Position numbers and translations under genes: made by a program. The notes under the pieces were generated by a model. The model had not been told where the DNA came from and ran no database searches. It saw nothing but the letters and a program-made list of their open reading frames with translations. DNA of 32,000 nt from Halorussus rarus. GTDB taxonomy: Archaea; Halobacteriota; Halobacteria; Halobacteriales; Haladaptataceae. How positions within the stretch are numbered: position 1 is the first letter of the stretch; every line of letters starts with the position of its first letter. This document shows, one piece after another, positions 24,133 through 32,000 of the stretch. The DNA lies in assembly GCF_003369835.1 (NCBI RefSeq), contig NZ_QPMJ01000001.1, forward strand, positions 1,079,589-1,111,588. The letters are read 5' to 3'.

Positions 24133-27100
24133 ATGCCCGGAATTCCCCCAAATCACCCACAAACGCCGCGTGAAGCAAGAGAGCTCGTAGAGAAACGCCG
24201 GCAGACTCTCCTAGAGGGATACGAGAGTGACAACGAGGTCATTCAGGATCTCTTCCATAATTACGACCGGGATGTCAAGCGGGACCTTGACACTCCAGCA
24301 CAGGTGATTCCTGAGCTGTTGCAGAATGCTGATGACGTAAAGGAGTGTGAGACAGTCGAGATCCTAATCTCAGAAGATGAACTCGTTGTTCGGAACGATG
24401 GCCGACCACTTCTGGAAGATGAGTTCGAAGCCATATGTCACATCGGACAGAGTACAAAGCAGGAGCCGGGGTATATTGGCCACTTTGGCCGTGGGTTCAA
24501 GTCTGTTTTCAGCGTCTCGGATCACCCGCAGGTTCGTTCGGGATTCCTACGCTTCGGCTTCAAACGAGACCGATGCGTTCTACCCCTACATCTCGTAGAT
24601 GAGACGGCCGTTGATGAGATTAAGTACGCACCTGCGACCGAGGTTAGGTTGCCTTTCACTGACCTTTCGGAGTATGATCGGTCACAGCTCATGGGGCAGA
24701 TTGAGTCTCTCCCTCGATTGATGCCGTATCTCCGGAACGTCTCGAAAATCAGTGTCGTTGATCACGGCGAACGGACGACCTATCGACGGGAAGAAACGAC
24801 CAGGGGAGAGCTTACTGAGGTTGAGATTTACAAGAATGAAATTCTCTATGAGAGACGTCATATTTTCGGTATTGAGGAGGTACCACCGGAGGCTGAATTT
24901 TCCGAGCTAGTCAAGCATCGTGCTTTAGAAAACGAGGAGGAGTTCCGAGATGAACCGGTGCCGATCAAGATTTCGTTTCCCGTAGATGAGGATGGCAATC
25001 CAATCTCTGGAGACGAACCCAGTCGGCTGTTCAATTTTTTCCCCACAGAAACGGAACTGGATATTCCGTTCGATATTCAAGCCGATTTTCTTCTTGACTC
25101 TGACCGTTCAAGCCTGCATAATACCAAGAGCCCGTACAACCAGTGGATTTTCGGCCTCGTAAGTGCAGTCTATGAAAAGGCAGTTGAATATTATTTAGAG
25201 CGGGATTCACCCACAACCACTTTTTTGGAACTTGTTCCAACTCGAAGAACACTTGATTCCCATCTTAAACGCATTCAGGAAGATATCTTGGATGTCCTGA
25301 GGGAGCACGAATGCATTCTAGGTCAGGATGGGGAATACCACCTCCCAGAGCAGATCATTGTGCCCGATTCCCGACTGGAAGGGCTGCTCTCTGAGTCAGA
25401 TGTTCAAGAACTGTTCGGAGAGGCTACCAATTATCCTGCAGACTCGCTGACGCAGCGGTGTCTCAATGATCTCGTCGGGTTGGGTTTGATTGATGAGCTT
25501 ACGATTGCCAGTCTTGCCCAAGTTGAGCAGGATAGTAATGTTTACCGCGAAAAGTCAACTTCCGAGTTGTTACGTTTGGCTGCCCTTTTCAACGAATTGT
25601 GGGAAGACACATATCGGGATAAACGATCTTACAACGATGAACGGAGAGAGTTCCTTAGTGCAGTTAAGCAAATTCCGCTGGTTCCACTCCAAACCGGTGC
25701 TGTAGTCAGCAGTAACGACACGGACTCGGATCCGGTTCTTCCGCCCGATAGCGGGGGAGACGAGTATGAGATTTTCACTGATCGGATTACACTAGTAGAC
25801 CTGACTTTTGACGAGTCGGATGGCAATGGTAAGGTTGAGGATCACAAAGCAGTCGCAGCTGATGCTCGATCCTTTTTTGAGAACGCACTAGAGCTCTCGG
25901 TCGTTGAAGATGACTACATCATCACCGAGGTAATCGCAGAAGCTTTCAAAAATCCAAGCGCCGAGACTGATTCGACGTTGGATGCATTTCTAGAGTTTGT
26001 TATCAGTGACAAACACCGACGGAAGGTTGCGCGTAAGAAGAACGCAATTCGACTGAGGGTCAAATCGTCCAGCAGCGACGAGTCAGTATATAAAAAGCCA
26101 TCCGAGCTCTATCTCCCAAAGGCCTATGGCTTGGACTACGATCTGGAGATACTTCTTGAGGATATCGACTCTGCACAGTTCGTGACACCATCATACCGGG
26201 AGTTAGGGAACTCGCTGTCACCGTGGTCGAGTTTCTTGACGAAGGCGGGGGTGAGAGACAAACTCGAAGTAACGGAGGAAGGTGCGAAAACTCGTGAAAG
26301 ATTCCGTGATAAGGACGATTTAGAGACGGAACTTGAGTCGTGTGGTGACAGATCGACTAATATTCCGCAAGCACCGAGACACTCGGGGGATACCTACGAT
26401 ACGTGGCTGAGGGGGTATCGGTACGCGCTCTCGGATTACGAAATCAGCGACACATTCGAAGACTTGCTGGACATCATCCCAGAGAAAGGGAGAGAATCGG
26501 GAGCACAGGCGTGGGAGCTGGCAACGATGCTTGCGTCGTGCTGGGACTACTACGAGGATCGTCTGAATAAGGAACTCTACTACACAGCCCAGTATGGGAA
26601 AGGAAATCCGTTCCGCACCAAATCTCAGGGGACACAATGCCCGTCCAAATTCGCTAATCGGATTCGAAACACAGCATGGTGTCCAACAAAAACAGGGACA
26701 ATAAGCCCCCCATCAGTGTTGCTGGTTGAGATACCTCGAACACAGGGACAACCTGACGGGCGGTATCTCAATAATGATCTCCCGTTTTCGGAAGCGAATT
26801 ATAATGGTCTGAATATCAGCACCCGGTTAGATCCGTCGTCTGTCTTGAAATTACTCACACAGGCCCCCACGGTCTGGAGTGATGGAGAACCGAGTGAAAT
26901 ACGAACTGCAGTTAACGATCAGCTTGATCAGTTCAAAGCTGGTCTGGCCGATTGTTCGGACGACGAGGCTGAAAGGTTGCTCTCGGAACTCCGGAAGGCT
27001 CCGTTTCTATACGTCGAGGCAGCCGAGACACAATTCCGAACGTCGACACAAGTGGTGCTTGAGGGGATCAGTCTCGGTGACCAATTTGTCTCAATATCAA

Positions 27101-29163
27101 CGCTCTACACTCGTCACCACCAATTCCTGCAAGAGAGGGTCGGCGTACAGAGGCGGGTAGGAATAGAAGACTGTCTAGACTTCCTGGCCGGCCACTCCGG
27201 TACGGAGTTCACCGACGAGGAATCGAAAGCGTGGAACCAGACTCTTCGAGAACTGTTGAATGAATTTGATGAGTTGAGTGAGCATGAATTCCGTGATTTA
27301 GCTGTACTGAGGCGACTCAGCGAAGAGGCTGTCGTACCTACCTCCTCGGGAACAACAGGGCCACTCACCGAGATCGATTTTTATTGCTATGACGAGGGGC
27401 TTCTGGAGGCGACAGAACAAGAGATCGGTCACCGAGTAATTCAACAACCCGAGTCACAAAACCTGACACAGAAGCGGCTGATCCCTCTGTGGGAGGTTCT
27501 TGGGCTGGAAAATCTTCGAGCTGCCGTGGAACTTGATCTTGCCGATGCCGCTACTTTAGAACCGGCGGATGAGTGGGACAGGGTTGTTGACGATGACCGA
27601 CTCCGGAAGCTATTGACAGTCTCTCAAAGTTTTTTAGAGACGACCAATGGGAATCGAGACGACGAACTAAACGAGCTTACGACGCTCAGCCGGTATCACG
27701 TCGAACAGCATAATGAGTTACAGGGATACTATACGCTAAACAAACAGAATATCTCCAAGCGGCTTCCTTTGCAATCCTACATAGACCACACTAACACACG
27801 GATTCTCAGAGCATCCGGGGCCGAATCGTACTACGACATGGCAACGAAGATAGCAGATGAACTGCAACTTCCTTTAGACCAACATCGAGAACTCAGGTCG
27901 TTATTATCGGGGGCAGTCGGAGCAGAATCAGACTTTCTTGAGGCCTATCTCGACGATCACGACATCACTCTCGTTTGGTTCACTGACTATTCGACTGAGG
28001 AAGTCGAAACGGCCACACAAGAAAAAGAGACAGACACCAGGACGAAACCCTCCGGTTCAGAATTGAGTGAGTCGGTTACGAAGTCTGAGTCTGATGAAAT
28101 AGCTGCCACTGCCAACGAACCGCCCGAAAGAGACTCGAAAACAGCCACTGTCGAGGGTTCCGGGGAGGCTAACTCATCGCATGGATCCGTAGAAGCCTCG
28201 GACCCGCCTTCAGATTCGGAGCCAGCATCGGTCGAGCCCGAAACGCCGGGCCAGTCACCGTCGATGGACTCAGACACTTCTTCCCGGTCTCCAGTGGGAG
28301 ACAGTTCCTCTGGTAGGCGCTCGACAGCAGACTCGAATTCCAACTCTTCCGAAGCGATCTCCTCAAATCAGGAATCGAGGGACAGACATAATAGCGGGGC
28401 TCGGAATACGGACCCTCAGTCATCCACATTCGAATCGGAGGTTTCGCCGTCTTCGATAGGTAGTCGAACCGCTATTGAAAACAAACCGGATTCACGAAAT
28501 CGTTCCCAGGGTGAAGGGAGTAAATCCCGACGAGGCACTGGGAGCGGTGGTGGAGGCGGCGGTGGCGGATCTGCCGCTTGGGAAGCTGGGCTATGGGGTG
28601 AAGAGTTTGTGCTAACATCGCTGGTCGATGAGCTCCGGACTGCACTCGCTGAGGAGCAGTGCACAGTGACGTGGTTCTGGGATCCCACGTTTCTGGAACT
28701 TCCCGAGCATGCGCACGACTCCGACGGTCTTGAATCGCAATCACGGCTGTCAATGGACCGCTACGGGGCTACCGTGCCCGGAGTCGAAATCACAGGCCCT
28801 GATTGGACAGTTCGTGTTCTGCATATACGAGATACTAGCCTTGGTGCCGATATTTTGATTGAAGGCGCAGACTTCAGGATATCAAACGAGGCGAACAACT
28901 TATTGGCTCAGATTCAGCCTTCCGAAAATGCCGAAATATGGATTGAGGTGAAGTCGTCAGTCGGCACCATGGATGGATTCAATTTAACAATCCCAGAGTA
29001 TGGCCGGGCACGAGAGCAGCAAGATGACTACTGTATCGTCACGGTCTGTCAGGTTGGGACACCACATGTGTACATTGACCAGCGATTCACGAACTTAGCC
29101 GCTATGTCGGACAAGGGTGAAATCACTATCCAAAAGAATGGTGAGCTCCGGATAGACTACTGA
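24133..29163 (+). CDS. giant GHKL (sacsin/MORC-type, HATPase_c_3-like) ATPase with a C-terminal DUF3883-like PD-(D/E)xK domain
   Basis: 1676-codon ORF. An in-frame stop at 24073-24075 and no other start codon fix the ATG at 24133. The N-box is ELLQNADD (24313-24336). It is followed by VVRNDGRPL and IGHFGRGFKSVF (24475-24510). The C-terminus after an eight-Gly linker (28546-28569) reads GLWGEEFVLTSL ... GADILIEG ... IWIEVKSS (E-V-K at 28945-28953), a D/ExK nuclease core as in DUF3883. Confidence 0.85.
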   Translation: MPGIPPNHPQTPREARELVEKRRQTLLEGYESDNEVIQDLFHNYDRDVKRDLDTPAQVIPELLQNADDVKECETVEILISEDELVVRNDGRPLLEDEFEAICHIGQSTKQEPGYIGHFGRGFKSVFSVSDHPQVRSGFLRFGFKRDRCVLPLHLVDETAVDEIKYAPATEVRLPFTDLSEYDRSQLMGQIESLPRLMPYLRNVSKISVVDHGERTTYRREETTRGELTEVEIYKNEILYERRHIFGIEEVPPEAEFSELVKHRALENEEEFRDEPVPIKISFPVDEDGNPISGDEPSRLFNFFPTETELDIPFDIQADFLLDSDRSSLHNTKSPYNQWIFGLVSAVYEKAVEYYLERDSPTTTFLELVPTRRTLDSHLKRIQEDILDVLREHECILGQDGEYHLPEQIIVPDSRLEGLLSESDVQELFGEATNYPADSLTQRCLNDLVGLGLIDELTIASLAQVEQDSNVYREKSTSELLRLAALFNELWEDTYRDKRSYNDERREFLSAVKQIPLVPLQTGAVVSSNDTDSDPVLPPDSGGDEYEIFTDRITLVDLTFDESDGNGKVEDHKAVAADARSFFENALELSVVEDDYIITEVIAEAFKNPSAETDSTLDAFLEFVISDKHRRKVARKKNAIRLRVKSSSSDESVYKKPSELYLPKAYGLDYDLEILLEDIDSAQFVTPSYRELGNSLSPWSSFLTKAGVRDKLEVTEEGAKTRERFRDKDDLETELESCGDRSTNIPQAPRHSGDTYDTWLRGYRYALSDYEISDTFEDLLDIIPEKGRESGAQAWELATMLASCWDYYEDRLNKELYYTAQYGKGNPFRTKSQGTQCPSKFANRIRNTAWCPTKTGTISPPSVLLVEIPRTQGQPDGRYLNNDLPFSEANYNGLNISTRLDPSSVLKLLTQAPTVWSDGEPSEIRTAVNDQLDQFKAGLADCSDDEAERLLSELRKAPFLYVEAAETQFRTSTQVVLEGISLGDQFVSISTLYTRHHQFLQERVGVQRRVGIEDCLDFLAGHSGTEFTDEESKAWNQTLRELLNEFDELSEHEFRDLAVLRRLSEEAVVPTSSGTTGPLTEIDFYCYDEGLLEATEQEIGHRVIQQPESQNLTQKRLIPLWEVLGLENLRAAVELDLADAATLEPADEWDRVVDDDRLRKLLTVSQSFLETTNGNRDDELNELTTLSRYHVEQHNELQGYYTLNKQNISKRLPLQSYIDHTNTRILRASGAESYYDMATKIADELQLPLDQHRELRSLLSGAVGAESDFLEAYLDDHDITLVWFTDYSTEEVETATQEKETDTRTKPSGSELSESVTKSESDEIAATANEPPERDSKTATVEGSGEANSSHGSVEASDPPSDSEPASVEPETPGQSPSMDSDTSSRSPVGDSSSGRRSTADSNSNSSEAISSNQESRDRHNSGARNTDPQSSTFESEVSPSSIGSRTAIENKPDSRNRSQGEGSKSRRGTGSGGGGGGGGSAAWEAGLWGEEFVLTSLVDELRTALAEEQCTVTWFWDPTFLELPEHAHDSDGLESQSRLSMDRYGATVPGVEITGPDWTVRVLHIRDTSLGADILIEGADFRISNEANNLLAQIQPSENAEIWIEVKSSVGTMDGFNLTIPEYGRAREQQDDYCIVTVCQVGTPHVYIDQRFTNLAAMSDKGEITIQKNGELRIDY

Positions 29164-29352
29164 CTGCTATCCAGCAGCCTTGTTTGATGCGAACCTTCCT
29201 TCTCTAAGCAATCATAGAGATGACGAGGCATAGCCTCTGGTGGGGGAAGGCAAGGATAATCTAATTGGGGAACAGGACGCGCGGGAGCAACAGATCAATC
29301 CGCCAATCCAACACAAAGTTAATGTCTTTCAGGCATATATCTGGTATTGATT

Positions 29353-29709
29353 ATGTTCAAAGGGCATTTTGAATCGTCGGGGGCGAGTATCGAGTACGGT
29401 GCTGCTGGCTGTCTTTTCCCCGTCGATGACCTGGATGCGACGGTGCTCCAGTACCGAGATGCCCAACTCGCGCTCGACGACGTCGATGGTTCAGACGTCA
29501 TCGTCGTCGCCCCGACGAGTCTTGCAACCAGTTACTTCCTCACCCAGCACACGCTCACCGCAATGCCCGTCGACAGTCTCTCCACTGCAGTTCAGACCCA
29601 ACTCGCCAACGAGCTTGACGATTCCTTAGACACGTTCGAGCTCATCCAGATCGGCAAGTGGAACCGAGACAGTCCAAACCACTCGCTTACTGAATTCACA
29701 AACGCCTGA
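29353..29709 (+). CDS. small acidic hypothetical protein
   Basis: The ORF is open from TTG 29347; the ATG is at 29353. Composition is acidic (DDLDATVLQYRDAQLALDDVDGSDVIVV). No motif recognised. Competing ORFs on both strands are shorter or Ser/Arg-rich. Confidence 0.4.
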   Translation: MFKGHFESSGASIEYGAAGCLFPVDDLDATVLQYRDAQLALDDVDGSDVIVVAPTSLATSYFLTQHTLTAMPVDSLSTAVQTQLANELDDSLDTFELIQIGKWNRDSPNHSLTEFTNA

Positions 29710-29760
29710 ACCCGATCTGCAGACGCACAGAACCCAAGAGGCCCTACCACACGACTCCCA

Positions 29761-30030
29761 ATGACTGAGACACTCGCCGACGAGTACCCGGAAGCTGCCC
29801 CGTACATCCAGCAAGCTGTCGACGAACACGGCGAAGACTGGGTGCTGGAGAATTACTACCAGCAACTCTACCCACTCGGGAGACTCATGAAGATGCCCGA
29901 AAAGGACGAACTCCCGTTCTACGACGCGGACGAGCACGACACGATGACCGAAGAGGAACGGACCGAAATGTACCAGGCGTGGGCTGGGTACCGGGAGAAC
30001 CTCCGTACCGGAACGAAACCTGGCGAGTGA
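29761..30030 (+). CDS. small acidic hypothetical protein
   Basis: 89-codon ATG ORF with a strongly acidic, coding-like composition (EYPEAAPYIQQAVDEHGEDWVLENYYQQLYP...). No motif recognised. Confidence 0.45.
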   Translation: MTETLADEYPEAAPYIQQAVDEHGEDWVLENYYQQLYPLGRLMKMPEKDELPFYDADEHDTMTEEERTEMYQAWAGYRENLRTGTKPGE

Positions 30031-30072
30031 CTGCTACCCTACATTTTTCGCAGCGGTAGTCGTTGGTGACGT

Positions 30073-30981
30073 ATGGATTTGGATCGGGCGCGTGGTGCGT
30101 TACTTGGATTAGCGTGTGGGGATGCGCTTGGCCGGCCAGCCGAGTTTACGTCTGCGTCGGGGATCTCCGCTGAGTACGGACGGCTTGACGAGATGGTCGG
30201 GCACGGCACGTGGAACCAACCGGCTGGGACGATCACGGACGACACCGAACAGGCGCTGTGTATTGCTCGAAGTCTCGTCGAACACCAAGCGTTCGATCCG
30301 GCGGATGTCGCTGATCGGTTCGTCGCGTGGTACGACAGTGGCCCGTTCGATATTGGAGGAATGACGAGGCGGTCGCTTACCCGGCTCAAACGCGGCGACG
30401 CGTGGGACGAGGCAGGTCAGCACGTGTGGGAGAACAGTCCGGAAGGGCAAAACGCGGGGAATGGGAGTGTAATGCGGTGTCCGCCGCTCGCCATCCCGTA
30501 CGCGACGGACTGGGACCGACTCGCCGAAGTGAGCCGGAAGTCCTCGCAGATCACGCACGCTGACCCGCGCTGTACCGACGGCTGTGCGATTCTGAATCTC
30601 ACGATAGCTGGTCTGCTTGAAGACGCGGACAGACCGTTGCAGGATGCCCTCGATGATGTTGGGTCGGACGCGCCTGATGAGCTTGTGACGGCACTCCGAC
30701 CGCTTGCGCGTGGCGACTCGCCCGATACGTTGGAAACGTCGGGGTACGTTGTGCATTCGCTGCAGACGGCACTCCACGATGGGTTATTCGCGGACAGTGC
30801 CGAGGAAGCGATTGTGACGGCGGTGAATCGTGGCGGTGATACGGATACGATTGGGGCGATTGCTGGTGCAGTCGCTGGGGCGCGGTTCGGAGCGTCACAG
30901 CTTCCGGATCGATGGTTGGGTGCTATCGATGAGGTCGACGAACTCGAAGGACTGGCAACCCAGCTTACCAACGTAGGGTAA
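30073..30981 (+). CDS. ADP-ribosylglycohydrolase family protein
   Basis: 302-codon ORF. The N-terminal DRARGALLGLACGDALGRPAEF and the C-terminal GGDTDTIGAIAGAVAGARFG are the two hallmark metal-binding segments of the ADP-ribosylglycohydrolase (DraG/ARH) family. Confidence 0.9.
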   Translation: MDLDRARGALLGLACGDALGRPAEFTSASGISAEYGRLDEMVGHGTWNQPAGTITDDTEQALCIARSLVEHQAFDPADVADRFVAWYDSGPFDIGGMTRRSLTRLKRGDAWDEAGQHVWENSPEGQNAGNGSVMRCPPLAIPYATDWDRLAEVSRKSSQITHADPRCTDGCAILNLTIAGLLEDADRPLQDALDDVGSDAPDELVTALRPLARGDSPDTLETSGYVVHSLQTALHDGLFADSAEEAIVTAVNRGGDTDTIGAIAGAVAGARFGASQLPDRWLGAIDEVDELEGLATQLTNVG

Positions 30982-31156
30982 CTCAGGGGAAATGTGTTGG
31001 CCAGGCTCTGGATGCGGTGTGTTTTAATTCGGTCTGTCACCTACGCTGATATGATGACTGCCTGCGTCTATTACCATCATCCCGAGGATTCTCAGTATTC
31101 TCTCGCATATGTTACTCAGGACAGGGATGAGATAACGACGCCTGGGCAAGATGCAA

Positions 31157-31354
31157 TTATCGGCTGGAGTCGTTTCGCATCTCCTCTTCCAAGGCAGTGA
31201 GTTCTGCGTCGAGTTTAGACTCGTCCACCTGTACCGGTGTCTTGTTCTCTTCATCCTTGGCAGAATCGCCGATTGGACGTCTAAGCAGTCGGTCTAACTG
31301 ATTGAGGCTGGCAATGAAGCGCCGGAACTCCTCAACGTCCATACTGGAAGGCAT
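31157..31354 (-). CDS. small hypothetical protein (about 65 aa), low confidence
   Basis: The ORF is open from 31435; internal ATGs lie at 31354 and 31342. The product from 31354, MPSSMDVEEFRRFIASLNQLDRLLRRP...DESKLDAELTALEEEMR, is helical and acidic. No motif recognised. Confidence 0.3.
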   Translation of the reverse strand: MPSSMDVEEFRRFIASLNQLDRLLRRPIGDSAKDEENKTPVQVDESKLDAELTALEEEMRNDSSR

Positions 31355-31463
31355 GTGCCCTATTGACAAAAACGTCGGTATCGGTTGCTGGCGGAGCAAC
31401 TTGCGTTGGTATGATACAGGTGATGGAAGGAACACTCCTGTTTTGTGTCGGTATCGAAGGTAT

Positions 31464-31577
31464 ATTTAGATTCTATGTACGCTGGGCGGCTATGAGGACA
31501 ACTTTACTAAAAACAATTCTCAACAACCACATTTATACCGAGGGAGATTTAGACTCTATGTACGCTGAGCGGCTATG
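31464..31577 (+). repeat. 31-nt imperfect direct repeat (2 mismatches), each copy being a TATA-like box plus spacer plus ATG
   Basis: ATTTAGATTCTATGTACGCTGGGCGGCTATG (31464-31494) and ATTTAGACTCTATGTACGCTGAGCGGCTATG (31547-31577) lie 83 nt apart. The second copy ends exactly on the ATG of the AbiEi-like gene. Confidence 0.85.
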
Positions 31578-32000
31578 GAGTCAACAAACGACGAAGAGAC
31601 TCAACGAAAGAGCCTGTCGACGCGCGAGTCGCAGGCACTGTCACGGCTCGCAAGCGAGAACCGGCAGGTCATCAGTATTAGTGACATCGCGGACGCGCTT
31701 GACATTCCGCGGAAGTCGGCCAAGGACATGGCGTATGCGCTTAAGGAGAAAGGGTGGCTTGAGCGGATCGCGCACGGGAAATATCTAATTCTCCCGCTCG
31801 CTGCCGGTGAGAACGCCGTGTATACCGAACACGAGTTCGTGATCGCGTCAGCACTCGTAGAGCCGATGTACATCGGGTACTGGAGTGCGTTGAATCACCA
31901 CGGGCTGACCGAGCAGATGTCCCGCACGGTGTATGTCGTGACGACAGAGCGCGCCCAGGAGCGTGAAATCCACGGTGTCCCGTACCGTCCGGTGACGGTC
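31575..32000 (+). CDS. AbiEi-like antitoxin / wHTH transcriptional regulator, 3'-truncated by the window end
   Basis: This frame is not in the ORF track because no stop is reached. ATG 31575 opens 142 codons to base 32000: MESTNDEETQRKSLSTRESQALSRLASENRQVISISDIADALDIPRKSAKDMAYALKEKGWLERIAHGKYLILPLAAGENAV... This is the wHTH plus GxYxxxPL pattern typical of AbiEi (type IV TA antitoxin) N-terminal domains. Confidence 0.6.
   Translation, partial: MESTNDEETQRKSLSTRESQALSRLASENRQVISISDIADALDIPRKSAKDMAYALKEKGWLERIAHGKYLILPLAAGENAVYTEHEFVIASALVEPMYIGYWSALNHHGLTEQMSRTVYVVTTERAQEREIHGVPYRPVTV

Noticed and set aside
30109-31040. Minus-strand ORFs of 222 aa and 207 aa across the ADP-ribosylglycohydrolase gene.
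   Set aside because: They are antisense to a gene carrying both family hallmark motifs. Their products are Arg/Ser/Pro-rich.
31363-31788. 141-aa plus-strand ORF from the track.
   Set aside because: Its downstream half is Arg-rich nonsense (RRASRRHCHGSQARTGRSS...). The overlapping frame from ATG 31575 gives a clean wHTH AbiEi-like protein that stays open to the window end.
1-32000. Search for tRNA/rRNA genes, integrase/transposase genes, terminal inverted repeats or att-like direct repeats that would mark island boundaries.
   Set aside because: I found no T-arm-like GGTTCGAATCC-type cloverleaf candidates, no recombinase motifs in any long ORF and no long repeats shared between distant parts of the window. 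The island boundaries, if any, lie outside this window.

Overview
GC-rich sequence with acidic predicted proteins, which looks haloarchaeal. The window reads as a dense, compositionally mosaic defence island. From left to right it contains: two PD-(D/E)xK nuclease-fold genes (12-1833); a divergently oriented Mre11/SbcD-like metallophosphoesterase (2029-3399, minus); and a complete type 1 BREX locus with one extra leader gene (3466-17867: orf216, brxA, brxB, brxC, pglX, pglZ, a ~390-bp structured spacer, brxL). Next come a 76-aa wHTH gene (17889-18119, minus) facing a 28-bp tandem-repeat/palindrome control region (18166-18243), then a visibly more GC-rich, translationally coupled six-gene operon (18287-22567). 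That operon encodes a Cas7-like RAMP, a Cas5-like RAMP with two glycine-rich loops, a DEDD-type exonuclease, a small disordered protein with a duplicated peptide motif, and two unknown proteins. I found no CRISPR array, cas1/cas2 or recognisable Cas10/Cas3 anywhere in the 32 kb, so this operon is my top candidate for an undescribed system. Downstream lie an HNH-wHTH nuclease (22759-23826), a 1676-aa GHKL (sacsin/MORC-type) ATPase with a DUF3883-like PD-(D/E)xK C-terminus (24133-29163), two small acidic ORFs, an ADP-ribosylglycohydrolase (30073-30981), and the 5' part of an AbiEi-like antitoxin/regulator gene running off the window (31575-32000). I recognised no rRNA, tRNA, transposase or integrase. 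All functional calls rest on motifs read by eye from the translations. No database search was possible.
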